A DNA stretch of 64,000 nucleotides, taken from contig NOWV01000001.1 in the NCBI GenBank assembly GCA_003344405.1, positions 434,001 to 498,000 on the forward strand, read 5' to 3'. Positions 1 to 12,200 of the stretch are shown here, one piece after another. Every line of letters begins with the position of its first letter. The stretch's first letter is position 1. This DNA is from Trichoplax sp. H2 (taxonomy: Eukaryota). The position numbers were made by a program, and so were the translations under genes. The notes under the pieces were generated by a model. That model saw nothing but the letters and a program-made list of their open reading frames with translations. It did not search any database and had not been told where the DNA came from.

Positions 1-931
1 AAAGATTCAACAATAAAGTCTACTATTCACGCTCATTTATCCAATTATTTTAACTAAAAAGGTTTAAAAATTGATTTGAAAATCCTTACAACAACAATAA
101 CAGAGAAGACGACTAAGGAAAAAAATCATATCGTCATAGCAGAAAATAATCACTCTCATCCCAGTGATCATTTCCTAGAAATAGAATGTTTGCAATAACT
201 AGTTAGTTACTAAAGCGTATATTGAAAAATTAATTACAAGGTTAATAACCTTTAATTCTCATAACTACAGCTGCGGTAGTTTATAACTAGCCCTATTACA
301 TAAATACCATTACTGTACTGGATATTACGTATATTATGCTGTTGAGATATTCCGATACTCAAAAGATGAATTATTAACATTAAATATCTCTACGACGCTA
401 CTACCCTAGCTAACTTATGCTGTGGTTGATACAATCTCTTCATACGGTCATCATGAGATCGCCAACTCTATGAATTGAGAACTCTTAAAGATATCGTTGA
501 AAATTCATCAATCACGCTTTGCAGTCATAATATCCAATTGATTTTATTGCAAAAATGTACTCTAATACAGCCTAATAATAAGTCATAATCCTTATATCCA
601 TAGAATTTTAAAGGTCTTCAATGTTATAACTGCAAAGTTGCGAATACGTCTAAAATTTAATATCAAAATCAAAACTTTAATTCCTTGTCTAGGCGCTGGC
701 TAATCAACAACACAGCGCATTCTCATAATATTGTACGGAGAAAAAAAAATTCACACCTATGTACTGCTGAGAACTCCTTAAAAATCGCAATCGAGAATTT
801 TTAACTTTATTACGAAAGAGGAATTTAAAAACTCTTCCTATGCCTAAAATAGGATAGTAATCTACTTTTTGACACCTGTTTCCAATTTAGAAATATTTTG
901 GGTTATTTCATCAGACCATACTGTTACAGTT

Positions 932-955
932 CAGCACGTGGGAAAATGGCGGCCC
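932..955 (+). promoter_or_regulatory. E-box (CACGTG) adjacent to YY1-like AAAATGGCGG
   Basis: Sequence cagcacgtgggaaaatggcggccc in an otherwise AT-rich region. Motif match only. Confidence 0.3.
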
Positions 956-1993
956 ATCAAATGAAAACATACACCGCCTTTATTGCATGATGTAAATGAT
1001 GCAATGCGTCCAAAGTGGACGATATTTGTACGATATTACATGTGAAATAGCGCAAATGATATAATGACTATTATAAGGCGAAGTAGTCTGTTTAGATCGA
1101 TCTTGAACGATCGAATCGACGAACTAGTTCAATTATTCAATTTTTTCCACCATTTTTAATATTGGTACGACGTGATTGAGAAATGCGTTGACATACAGTA
1201 AACGTATACGGTTGATAGTATCCAAGTCTAGTCTACGTATATAATTTTGTATTCATGAGAATGCCATATTGCATAGCTTGTATATATATACATACGTCTT
1301 ATAGGCAAAGCATCGCGTCATCACTTTTTCTTCCACATTATTATGCCGCAATAGGCATTCATGAGGAATAGCATATGCATTTCCCTAAAAATAATATAGT
1401 TTGCCCTTCGACTAAATATTATCTTTACATAATATGATAAAATTCTTTTTAAGATTAGTTAAGAGTTTATTCTTAATTAAAAAACTTTCTTCGCTATTAA
1501 TTAAATAAAAAATTTCTTTTTAATATCGCGCTGAGAACCGGTATAGAAAGAGTATTAAATTAATTTATTAGCAGATAGATAGACAACTTTATAAACGTAA
1601 TTAAGAATTTATGATATAGAAAACCTTCATTTTATTATGCTGATGATTTAAATATAAAACTATTTTAAAATTACTCTCTTCTATATTATGAAATAATTTA
1701 TTCACTTCAAATCGAGATGGGCTTTGAAATATAAATTAGAGAGTAAAAATTAAACGGCTAACCACATTTACTGAAATAAAAGTCGTATTTTTAGCAGGAT
1801 TTATGCGACTAGATAGATTGTACCTTAAAATATATTATATTCTTTGTTGTCAAGTAAATAATCCCGATTAAAATAATTAAAAAGTATAAATTGGACATGA
1901 AAATATTTGCTATTTATAAGAAATAAAGCTTAGCTTTACATGCAGACGGCAAGAATAAATTTTAAAATCGACATCCTTTATTTTATGTTACAG

Positions 1994-2548
1994 GTAATTC
2001 AGTTAGAATTCATAGCGTATTTAAAGCAAGCGACTTTAATACAGCTGCTGGTAAGAAGACTAGAATAAGATTTAAAAAAACTGTAGATTGTTGCGTCCTT
2101 TTTGTCTTTACTTACAATTAAATCAAAAATTTCAATTATTATAGACGCGGCGGCATCTGTGCCACCATCAATACCACCGTCGCCTCCGCCATATTACAGA
2201 ACGGCGATTAACGTTGGCAACTTAGCTAGAGAGGATAATAACAACCATGAGACGGCTGTTTCAGTCCCGAACGATATTGTTACCTCTGCATCAATTGCTA
2301 CAGCTGCCGTTAACAATTTAGTACCAATGATTTCGGTATGGAATAGTAGTGACTGTCTACCGCATCCGCATTCGCAAATTATATCATTTTCTCCTACAAG
2401 TGGCCATTTTGTCCGAAGCCAGCCTTATGGTAATTGTTACTGCCCTCCATCTGCTGTGGATCCATCGCATCGCCCGATTGCAACTACACCTAGAGGCACA
2501 GAATTTATCCCGCAACCTAATCACGGGTATGTATTGTATGTTAGATAA
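1994..2548 (+). CDS. Partial gene: Pro-rich protein fragment with PPxY motif (exons ~1994-2050, 2145-2526/2548; possible last exon 2617-2644)
   Basis: cag|1994-2050|gtaag (57 nt) splices in frame to tag|2145, giving ...NTAAD AAASVPPSIPPSPPPYY.... A GTATGT donor at 2527 and a gacag acceptor at 2616 would end the protein ...NHGLTCTTALC*. No start exon identified and no family recognised. Confidence 0.45.
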
Positions 2549-5500
2549 TTAATTTCTATGTTTGAACGATTATTTCTATCTCAATTGAATATGCCATACT
2601 CTATGTTACTTGACAGATTGACATGTACTACCGCACTCTGCTAATATTACTGTAGTTATTTTTGAAGCGAAATCGCTAATGTCTATCTCGCCCACTCTAT
2701 TACCATAACTTGCGACTAGCATTAAATCCAATCTATTCATTATTTTTTAACCCCTTACTACATTACTCGATTGATTTGCATTCATACTATCTTGATGAAA
2801 GTCTTTTGTTAATCTACTGATTTTAAGATACCGCTGTGGTAATTATTTTACTGTATATTGACATGGCATTATAATTCAATATTTTCTTCAGCAGTGAATA
2901 TTTTCATTTACGGGAACCTATAGCGACGTTACAGGGAAGTCCATATTAAAAATTTTGAATGAAATTTTGTAAGGATCAACCTATCTATAGCATAACATCA
3001 ACTTTCAAGACGTTCTACAAGATTTTATAATATGTTGCAAAAAATTACATTAACAGATATTGGTAATTATAAAAATACTAGAACTATAAATTAGGCCTTT
3101 AAAGCTCTAATTAAAACAGTACAGCTGTCCGACATGTTGCCTACTGCAGTCAAACAATTCATTTAATTGTACTGTAGGTTTCGCATTTGTTCTTAAAATA
3201 TAAGAAATGCTTCGATGCTATGATTAACATGAATGTTAGAGTTTCGATCTATATAAATATAAGACAGTATCTATACGTATATGTATAAAAATTCGTTTCT
3301 ACGGTCTGTTTCATTGATTCGTTCAATATTGAACGTTAACGTTTTTAAAAATTACATACATTCGTTCGCAACAAGTCACAATTTTATAGCGATGATCATA
3401 AGGCTATAAAAAAATCATTAAATTATTTTATAAAATTAATTACTGTAATCAAATGAATTTTAAATTCTGTTTAGTGTCTCTGATATACTTAAGTTGAGTA
3501 ATACTATATCACGACTTTCATGTTCTATCTTCTCTATGTACTTGTATTTTAAAAATTCATTTGTATCGTTAACAAAATGACAAAAGTTATGTATTTGTCA
3601 TGAGAGTTTCTCAGCTATTTTCTTTTAATGAAAGCAAATAAATGACTAACAATGTGAAAAAACGAGTGATGAAATTCGTTGCAATGTTCTTAAGCCGAAT
3701 AGTTATTTTATTTATGTCAGTGTAATACCCAATTAAGATACGTTGTTAGCATCAAAAATAAATTTCTTTACACAGCTAGTACAGCATAACTGAATTGCTA
3801 AAATGACTCTAATCGTGTTATATTATTACTATAGATGGGAGAATACTGTAGCATTGAAAGTTGCAACGTAAAATTATTTTGGGATTAGTCTGTTTAGTAT
3901 TTCCTAATTGCTATTCCCAGCAGTAATATCGTTGAAATTAGGCGTACTCTGCTCCATCCTTTTAAGTTTAATGTTTTCTAAATTTGCGTGCATTTTCGCT
4001 AAATCATTTTCAAATGTTATCATATATCATGATCGAATTTCATTGCCGATTCTCATCTCCGTAATTGCTATTCCGAGTAAATATCGTGAAAGTTGGGGAT
4101 ACTGTATTCTCGTTTCTAGACATCACCTGAAATTTTTGCATACCAGCATCACTATATTTTATCTCTGATTTTACGTCTTTTTATTTACTACTCCTGTTGC
4201 TATCGTAATCCTTTTTAATTGACCTACTAATATTTAAGTTTAAGGATACTATTATGAAAATATCTTTAGATTTACAACATTGTATTTACTCTGTAATTTT
4301 TAAGCAACAGTTTGACTTTACGCGTAGTAGCTTCCGCCGTAGGCATCAAGGAAAATTTAATTTGTAATCGACTATTCCCTGCTGATACCAGGCGGTGGCG
4401 TAGGTATCTGCGATAACTGTATACAATTTCCATTTTGTTCATGTAATAACTGGAAAATTTTTTAAAGACTGCACCAATAGAATCGCTTTACTTTTTAATT
4501 AACATCACATATGGCTATACTACGTATAAATTTTCTATCATAACGCGCTTCCTAGTTTCATCCACATTCATTAACTGACATTGCAGTTGTTACACTCGAC
4601 GTGAATACTTTTATTGCTTCTATTGATGCTATACGTTGTTCATAAATTGTTTAATACGACGCATTTCTAATATTTATCACTGATTATTAGCTGAAATTGC
4701 TACCAAATTCTATTTGTACTCTTTACATTTGTCATTTCCTACAAATACATAGTTAGCGCTTATTGCATCTTGTTCGTAAGCTTCCTTACTGTTAATATGA
4801 TACATCTCTACATGTCTAGGTATTATAGTTAGCTAAAATTGTTACGCTACCTTTAAACTAAGTATGAATTATTTCATTTGAAATCGAAGCTTATCTACTT
4901 TTTCTTCTTTGCATAGTTATTAGTTACTAGTAAATAGATGCATGATTTCTCAGTGCTTTTATTTGATTTGCATTAGAGAGATTAAATTAGCACTAACAGT
5001 TAAAGTTGTAGTTATTTCCTTATGATTGATAACCTACCGAGCTTTTATTGATATATACGTATGTATTTTTTTAATCGCTTTAAAGAACTCGTTGCGCTCA
5101 TACTAACATAAAGGAAATAACATTCCGCACTACCTTATATAATACTACACCGGCATAAAATACCGCAGTTTAGGCGCTCCTCTTTTAACATCGTTAACAG
5201 TTACTGCACACGTTCAATATCGAGAATATACGATACATTTCACCGACAGTTTACTTGATTTTAGAAATGCGCAGGTACTACTCGTCTCTTGTCATAGGAG
5301 TCTAAATTTCCGGACTATCGTAGTTTTTTAGTGCGCTAGAATGATCGCAGTCGCAGCTATTCGCTGAAAAGCTCATTTTTATGGGATAAAGTACATGTAT
5401 GTGCATAAATTTTAAACTTATATATAAATCCGCAAGATTATTCAATGTTGTAAGTGCGCTAAAACGATCCTGGTCGCCATTATCAACTTAAAGTCTCGTA

Positions 5501-5769
5501 ATTTCGTGAAGCGGCTATCGGTATATAGTTTCTCAGGACGATCAACATTTTGTCAGTTGGAGTGATTCCATTTAATGATATCAACCGCAAAGCTTAGATC
5601 AACGGATAGATATTCTCTCAAACCGGCGTAATCATCTTCTTTCTGCCAATTAATATATTCAATAATCGCTGTGATCAACTGAAAATTCATGTCACAAGAT
5701 TGCTATTTCATAAATCTTCTTTGGAAAATTGATAAAAATATCAGATTGCATAGAATGAGCTTCAGCGGA

Positions 5770-6460
5770 CAGGAACAGTTAGAATCATTTGAAAACTCTA
5801 AAAGTTTATCAATATCGGATAATATATCATCTAACAGTGACGGCTAGAATTATTTAAAAAGTCTACAAGCCTACGAATACAGATAATCTTTGGGTTAGAA
5901 CTTGGAATAGGGGTAGTTTTTCTTCAAATGCTTCAGAAGACTGATAGTTAGATTATTAAGTAAACTGTGACCTGACAGCAACGACTAAAATCATTCAAAA
6001 GCGCTAAAAGTTTACAAATATACTTGTATATATCCTGTCAAGTTTACTACTGGCGGTAATTAGAGCCATCCCAAAGCAATAAAATTTTACGTATGTACTC
6101 GTATATATCTTCGGGAGTAAATTTAAGCTGACACCAACGACGGGAATTATTGCATAGCGAGAAAAGTTTACGTCTAAGTCCTATCAGGGTGATTTTCCTT
6201 AGACGGCAACGACTAGAATCATTGGAAAGCGCTAAAAGTTGATCAAAATATACTCGTATATCCTACCCAGTAAATTGATGGCAGTGATTAGAATAATTCG
6301 AAAGCACTAAAAGTTTACGAATATATTTGTATTTATTTTATGGAGTAATTCAAACTGATACCAACGACTAGAATCATTGCAAAACGCGAAAAGTAAATCA
6401 AAATAGATGTCCTATTGAACAAATTTTCAACTAACAGCAACAACTAGAATCATATTCTAA
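5770..6460. repeat. Degenerate ~76-bp repeat with ~228-bp higher-order period
   Basis: gacagcaacgactaaaatc (5974), gacggcaacgactagaatc (6202), aacagcaacaactagaatc (6433). Subunit pairs 6051/6279 and 6128/6355 show the same offset. Confidence 0.7.
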
Positions 6461-6726
6461 TTGATTAGAAGGTGATTACTCAGAAAAGCTTTTTCTCTCT
6501 GCCGCATACAGTTAGCTTTGTAGCGGCCACAGTTATTCTAACATCCTAAAGAAGATTATCATCAGTCAAAATTGACGAAATATCCTTCGTATCCATTGAA
6601 TCTATTCTGATCATAGCAACGATTGGAATTATCTAGGTGCGTTGGAAGAAGATGCTCATCTTGAGAAGACCCTTGTCCTTCGCATGGAATGGAGACTTTT
6701 AGTTTAGGTTTCTTCATTTCAATAGT

Positions 6727-6960
6727 AAAAAACTCTATTCCATGCGATCAGTACAGCCTATTAACTCTTCATCTAATTATTTTTGTTCAGTGCCGGCAGG
6801 ATATAAGTTCTGGTAGTTCCATCGACTAGAAAACCCATCCCATGCAACAAATACAGTCTATTAACTTTCACTCTAATTATATCTTTATTTCAGTGGGTCA
6901 GAACGGTTCCAGTAGCTCCATCCACTGAGAAATCCATCTCTTATGGCGGACACATTCCTA
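6727..6960. repeat. Degenerate ~100-bp direct repeat (~2.3 copies)
   Basis: ccatgcgatcagtacagcctattaactc..ctaattat (~6740) vs ccatgcaacaaatacagtctattaactt..ctaattat (~6840). gttctggtagttccatcgact vs gttccagtagctccatccact. Confidence 0.65.
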
Positions 6961-9282
6961 GTTTTCCATAGACCATCACATATAGCGTACGTTGTATTAA
7001 TTCTACAGTATTTCTCTCTGCCTATCTTCTATCTTTAAATCTAGTAATACCCTTGATTTCTGCTTCATATCTGAAATATTTGCAATGCTGTTGGTGTCGG
7101 CACTCAGTTTACTTCACGATAGCTTACACGCAGTTCTACAGCCGGCAACTATTTCAATATTACGCAATTTGCAGTCTAAAATAGACAATCTATTTCTATT
7201 AAACATATTGATGCCCACCTCTCAATGGTCACTAATCCAAATTCTCTCGAACCATTAAATTCTCCATCATCATTTCTAGGATAGTAACACCTTTTTAATA
7301 TATTGGAATGAATTTCCTTTCTACTATTAACTAGAAACTTGTGCAGTGAACTAGAGTAATTCTTCTACTTTCATATCGGCTGAAAGTTTTCTTCTATACA
7401 ACGAAAATACAAATTTCTAGAGAACTCGCTAGATTCTAGAAGAATGTTAGTCGCTGCTGTTAGCTGGAAAAAAACTCACTTCTGGCACCAATAATCTTTT
7501 CTTGGTCATCCTATTTCTATTCGTTTCTCATAAGGATTGTGGAATGGACTAATCCGTAGAAGCAACTATCCTTTAGCAGCATTACGATAGATTTTCCTTC
7601 TTTTACGCGGTACAAATACAAAGTCATTTACAAAAGTATTTAGCAGTCTAAACGGATTAAGTATTGCCAGAATAATCATTTATTTTATTTTATAGAATCC
7701 TTTCTAGTTGACAGTAATGAAATAATTGACTCTGAATATGAATAGACAAACAGTTAAAAAAATTGACGCTATTTGAATGTCCTTTACGCTATTTCACTTT
7801 CCTTTCTGTCATCCCTTCTATCCCTTCGCTATCATCAGCATAGGCAATCAAGTGAATAACCTTCAATAACGCATGGATCGCTGGAATAGATCACCAAATC
7901 AATCCAATATCGCACTATAACTAGAATAACTAGTGTAATGTAAATGGAACGATAAGAAATACCGTCCATACAATATCGCCTAATTAACATGGCAAGGGTA
8001 GGAGTTACTTGTTATTTCAAACAAGTTTTATTTTTTAAATTATTGAAATCAACGTTGTATCAATTATTTAAAAACAACTTTTGTGAAACAGACAAACAGC
8101 TCTATCTTCTATCGGTAATACTAACACATTTCAAAAAATTAAAGAAAGTGAATAAATACTTGGTACTGTGATTATACAATATTATGAACATAATTGAGAC
8201 AAGAACAAGTTGGATTCTAAGACACAAATCTAGAGTTCAAATAAGAAAAACAAAAATTTCATCTTTCTGCAGTAGTACCATAATGTCGATCTTTTGGCTT
8301 AAAAATTCTTTAAAATTATTCTACTAATAGCTATATCATGTATCTGAATAGGTGAACATTAAAATATTCAATTGATCGCATATATTAGGCTGAGATCATA
8401 CCATCACATTATCAAAATGGATTATGATTACTATGATGAATGATTTCTTGAAAATTGATCTAAATATTGGCTGTGGCCATTTACCAGCGGAGAATGAGGC
8501 TTGATTCAGTTCTTTATCTTAAGATCATTTTTCATCTTTTATGGTATCAATATAATAAAATAATATTGGCCATCTTAATTAGTTATCTACATCATCATTT
8601 TTAGAGGGACTTGACATAAGCTACCGTACAACATTTAAAATAAAAAAAAATCGAAATAGAATCGATAAAGCGGATAGTAAAACCATTACAAATGAGTAAA
8701 ATCATGATACAGCAAGCTATATCCACAATTTTACAGCTATGCATTAAAATGATTGGACTTCCTGTAGGATAAATCATCATGATTCATATTTATCTTGAAT
8801 TACAGACTAGTTTTTATCAAATTAAAGACAAGTAATAAAGGCGAATACAAGATTTAACTAGACATAAAGTTCACTTATGTTTTAATAGAGTTTAGTCTAT
8901 GGTCGGGGTTAGCATTTTAGAAATAAATGGATGTTAAATTATTAACGCTAAGCAAGCAAAATGGAGCTGATTTTAATTCTTTCAAGTGATTTTTCTCACT
9001 GGGCTTTCCCGTTGAGATTCAATGATGAATTGGCAAAGGATATCATTTATTCATTTGCCTACTGATGTAGTAATTAATGAAATATTTCCTCCTTTGCTGG
9101 TCAAAATTTGCCTAGGGGATTAACACTATTTGTAAGATTGGTTGAAAATGATCCATTTTTATTTTTGTTTATTGCGCTACGGTAATGTGGGATTCCGCTT
9201 GATTAGAGTATCTTTCGAATAGATTTTCCGTCTTGATTTCATCCATTTTCTCTCTCTTTACTTTATGATTTATTGTAATGTA

Positions 9283-12200
9283 TTAAAAATCAAATGTAGA
9301 AGCGCCTCCTGGTGTACGAGCACCTCGTCGAACAAGTTGAGTAGCTTCCGCTCGTTTACTATTGGATGGTGATTTTACGGAAGCGGATGATGTACTTCTT
9401 TGCTGGCTTAATGGCGTAGATTGTTGAGGCTTAGTTTCTTTGGCTTTTTGTACTGGTGTCGATGGCAAATTAGGATATTTAGCTTTCATTTCATTGGATC
9501 TGGCAAAGGCATTGACTCTACCCTGTACAAATGGACTAGTATAACTTGATAATGGTGTCTTAGTAGGCGATGCACTCGATCGATTTGCATCAACATCATT
9601 CACTTTAGATCTTATTAACGCTGGCTCAGGTGTTTTAGGCAATGGTAATGGAGGAGAAGTACTAGGCATCGATGGCGGCGTTGTTTGCGATTTTGGTGAT
9701 GGCTTTGTCGGTCCAACATAAGAAGGACGATTAACACCAGCTGGTGTTGTCGCATTCTCATAGAATCGTTTTGGTTCAACATATCGATCACGGGTTTTTA
9801 CGTTGGATGGACTTTTACCAACATTGGATAAATTACTAGTTGAACCACCTAATTTTGTCATGGGTAGACGTGATTTTGATAGTGTATCATTGCTTGATTT
9901 ATTGGGTGATGAAGTTCGTAACGCGACCATCGATTCACTAGCATTCCAAGCTGATGGCGATTTAGCTCGATAATCGGATTTAGTTGGCGAATTTAAAACA
10001 CTTTCCGACACGGTCGGTTTCAACGCATTATTTAATGGTCGTCGTTGATTACTACTATCATAATTAAGTGGACGCTCAGGGATTAATGGCGATTTTCGAG
10101 CAGTAGTATCTTGTGCTTGTTGATGAACTTGTTTTTCACGCACTTCTTGTTGTAATCGTTCAATATTTCGAATTCTTTCTTCTAATTCTTGCTTTTCTTG
10201 TAATCGTCGTTCATGATCTAATCGACGTTTCCTTTCTAATTCTAATATCTCTTCTTCCTTTCTTTTCTCTTCTTGTAACCGTAGCTGTCTTTCACGTTCC
10301 AATTTTTCTTCCTCTAACAATTTCTCCTTCATTTTTAACTCTTCTAGGCGTTTTTCTTGCTCTTGTCGACGTCGTTCTTGCTCAAGTAATTCTTCCGATT
10401 TAACTTTCTCTTCCATAGTACGCAATTGCTTCTCATATTCAAGCCGTTGGTGTTCGATGCGGGTTTCTTTCATGCGTAATTCTTCCATGCGCTTGATAAA
10501 TTCTTGTTGGCGTTGTTTCTCTAATCCACTTAATTCATCCTCTTTGACTTTTATTTCTTTCTCTCTTAGATTACGTTCATTATCTAGTTGTTGCTCTTTC
10601 AATCTTAACTGACGGCGTAATTCCAATATCTCTTCATACTGATCATTGCGTTTTTTCTGTTCTGTCAGTAATTGGTCATGTTGTTGTTGAACAACTTTTT
10701 CAATGTCTTCAATGCGTTTACGCAATCGAACCGTTTCTTCTTGCTCATTAAATTGTATTTCATACTTTTTATGCATTAAATCGCGTGATCTTTCCTCGAT
10801 ATCATGCTGTATTTTCACCAATTCATCGCGCTGTTTCTTAATATTTAATTTTTCATTCTCGATTTTTTCACGCGCTTCCAATAATTCTTGTTGTGCGCGT
10901 TGATCGACGTAGGATTTTTCTTGCGTTAAATATTTCTGCTGCATATCTACTTCTTTTTGTAATAGCTGTAATTGATTGGCTTTTTGTTCAATAGCAGCAG
11001 CTTGCTGTTGTAATTGCTCTTCTTTTTGACGCCAATAATGTTGTTGTTGCTGATTGTACAGTACTTGTTCTTGATCGCGTTTCTTCAATTCTAAATCTTT
11101 CTCACCTAATTGTTCTTGTTGACGTTGTAATTCTAATTGCCTCTCGGTTAATTGATGTGTAATTTGATTATGTTGTTCTTGCATTTGATACCATTGGCGC
11201 TGTAAATCTTGTTGATTTTGTTCAACAACTTTCCATTCGCGTTCTAATTGTTTCTTTTGCAATTCGAGCTCACCAAGTTGTCGTCGCCGACGTTGTTTCA
11301 TCAGATGGACAGCATATTGGTCGTGTTCATCATGATTAGGGTTGCGATCGCCATCGATATGATTTAAATTTTGCCGACTTGATCGCCATTGGTATGTTGC
11401 AGCCATCCCTTGTTGTTCCAATTGTCTATCCTGCTCGAAAGAAGTAGATTGATGAGTATTAATTGATTAATTAGTGAATTAATCCTTACACAATTAATCT
11501 GTCAATATGCAATGAAGGTGCAGTAGCTAACTAAAATTACTCCTCTCGTTTCAATTGCTTATCCCACTAAAATACAGTGATTCGTAAGTATGAATCGATT
11601 AATTAGGTATTAACTCATGCATAATCTATTAGTATACAATTAAAGTACAGTAGCTAACAAACTCTTCTCGTTCTAGTTGCCCATTCTGCTCGAATGAAAT
11701 CGGTACATATGTATGAATCGATTAACTATGACATTAATTCTTTAATAGCCGATCTATCATATGCAATTAAGGTAAGTAGCTAACGAACTCCTCTTATTCT
11801 AGTTACCTATCCTACTCGGATGAAGTCAATGCTTAAGCATGAATCGGTTAATTAGAGATATAAATTCTTCTATAATTATAATCTAACTATTACCAGTAAC
11901 TAAGGTAAAGTAGATAACTAAAATTAGTCCTCTTGTTTTAATTGCCTATCCTCCTCGATTGAGGTCGCTTTATGAATTTGTATCAATTAATTCCGGTATT
12001 AATTCTTATATTATATCTATGTATCTAATCTAACTATCACGATCGATTTAAGGTACAGTGGCTAGCTAAAGTTAGTCCTCTTGTTTCCATTGCCTATCCT
12101 ACTCAAATGAAGTCGATACATGAGTATGAATCGATTCATTAGAGCATTAATTGTTGTGCAATCTAGCAATCGCTATATAATTAAGGAATGGTAGCTAGCT

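Noticed and set aside
10113..10903. Hydrophobic + strand ORFs
   Set aside because: Antisense shadows of the E/Q/K/R-rich coiled-coil exon.
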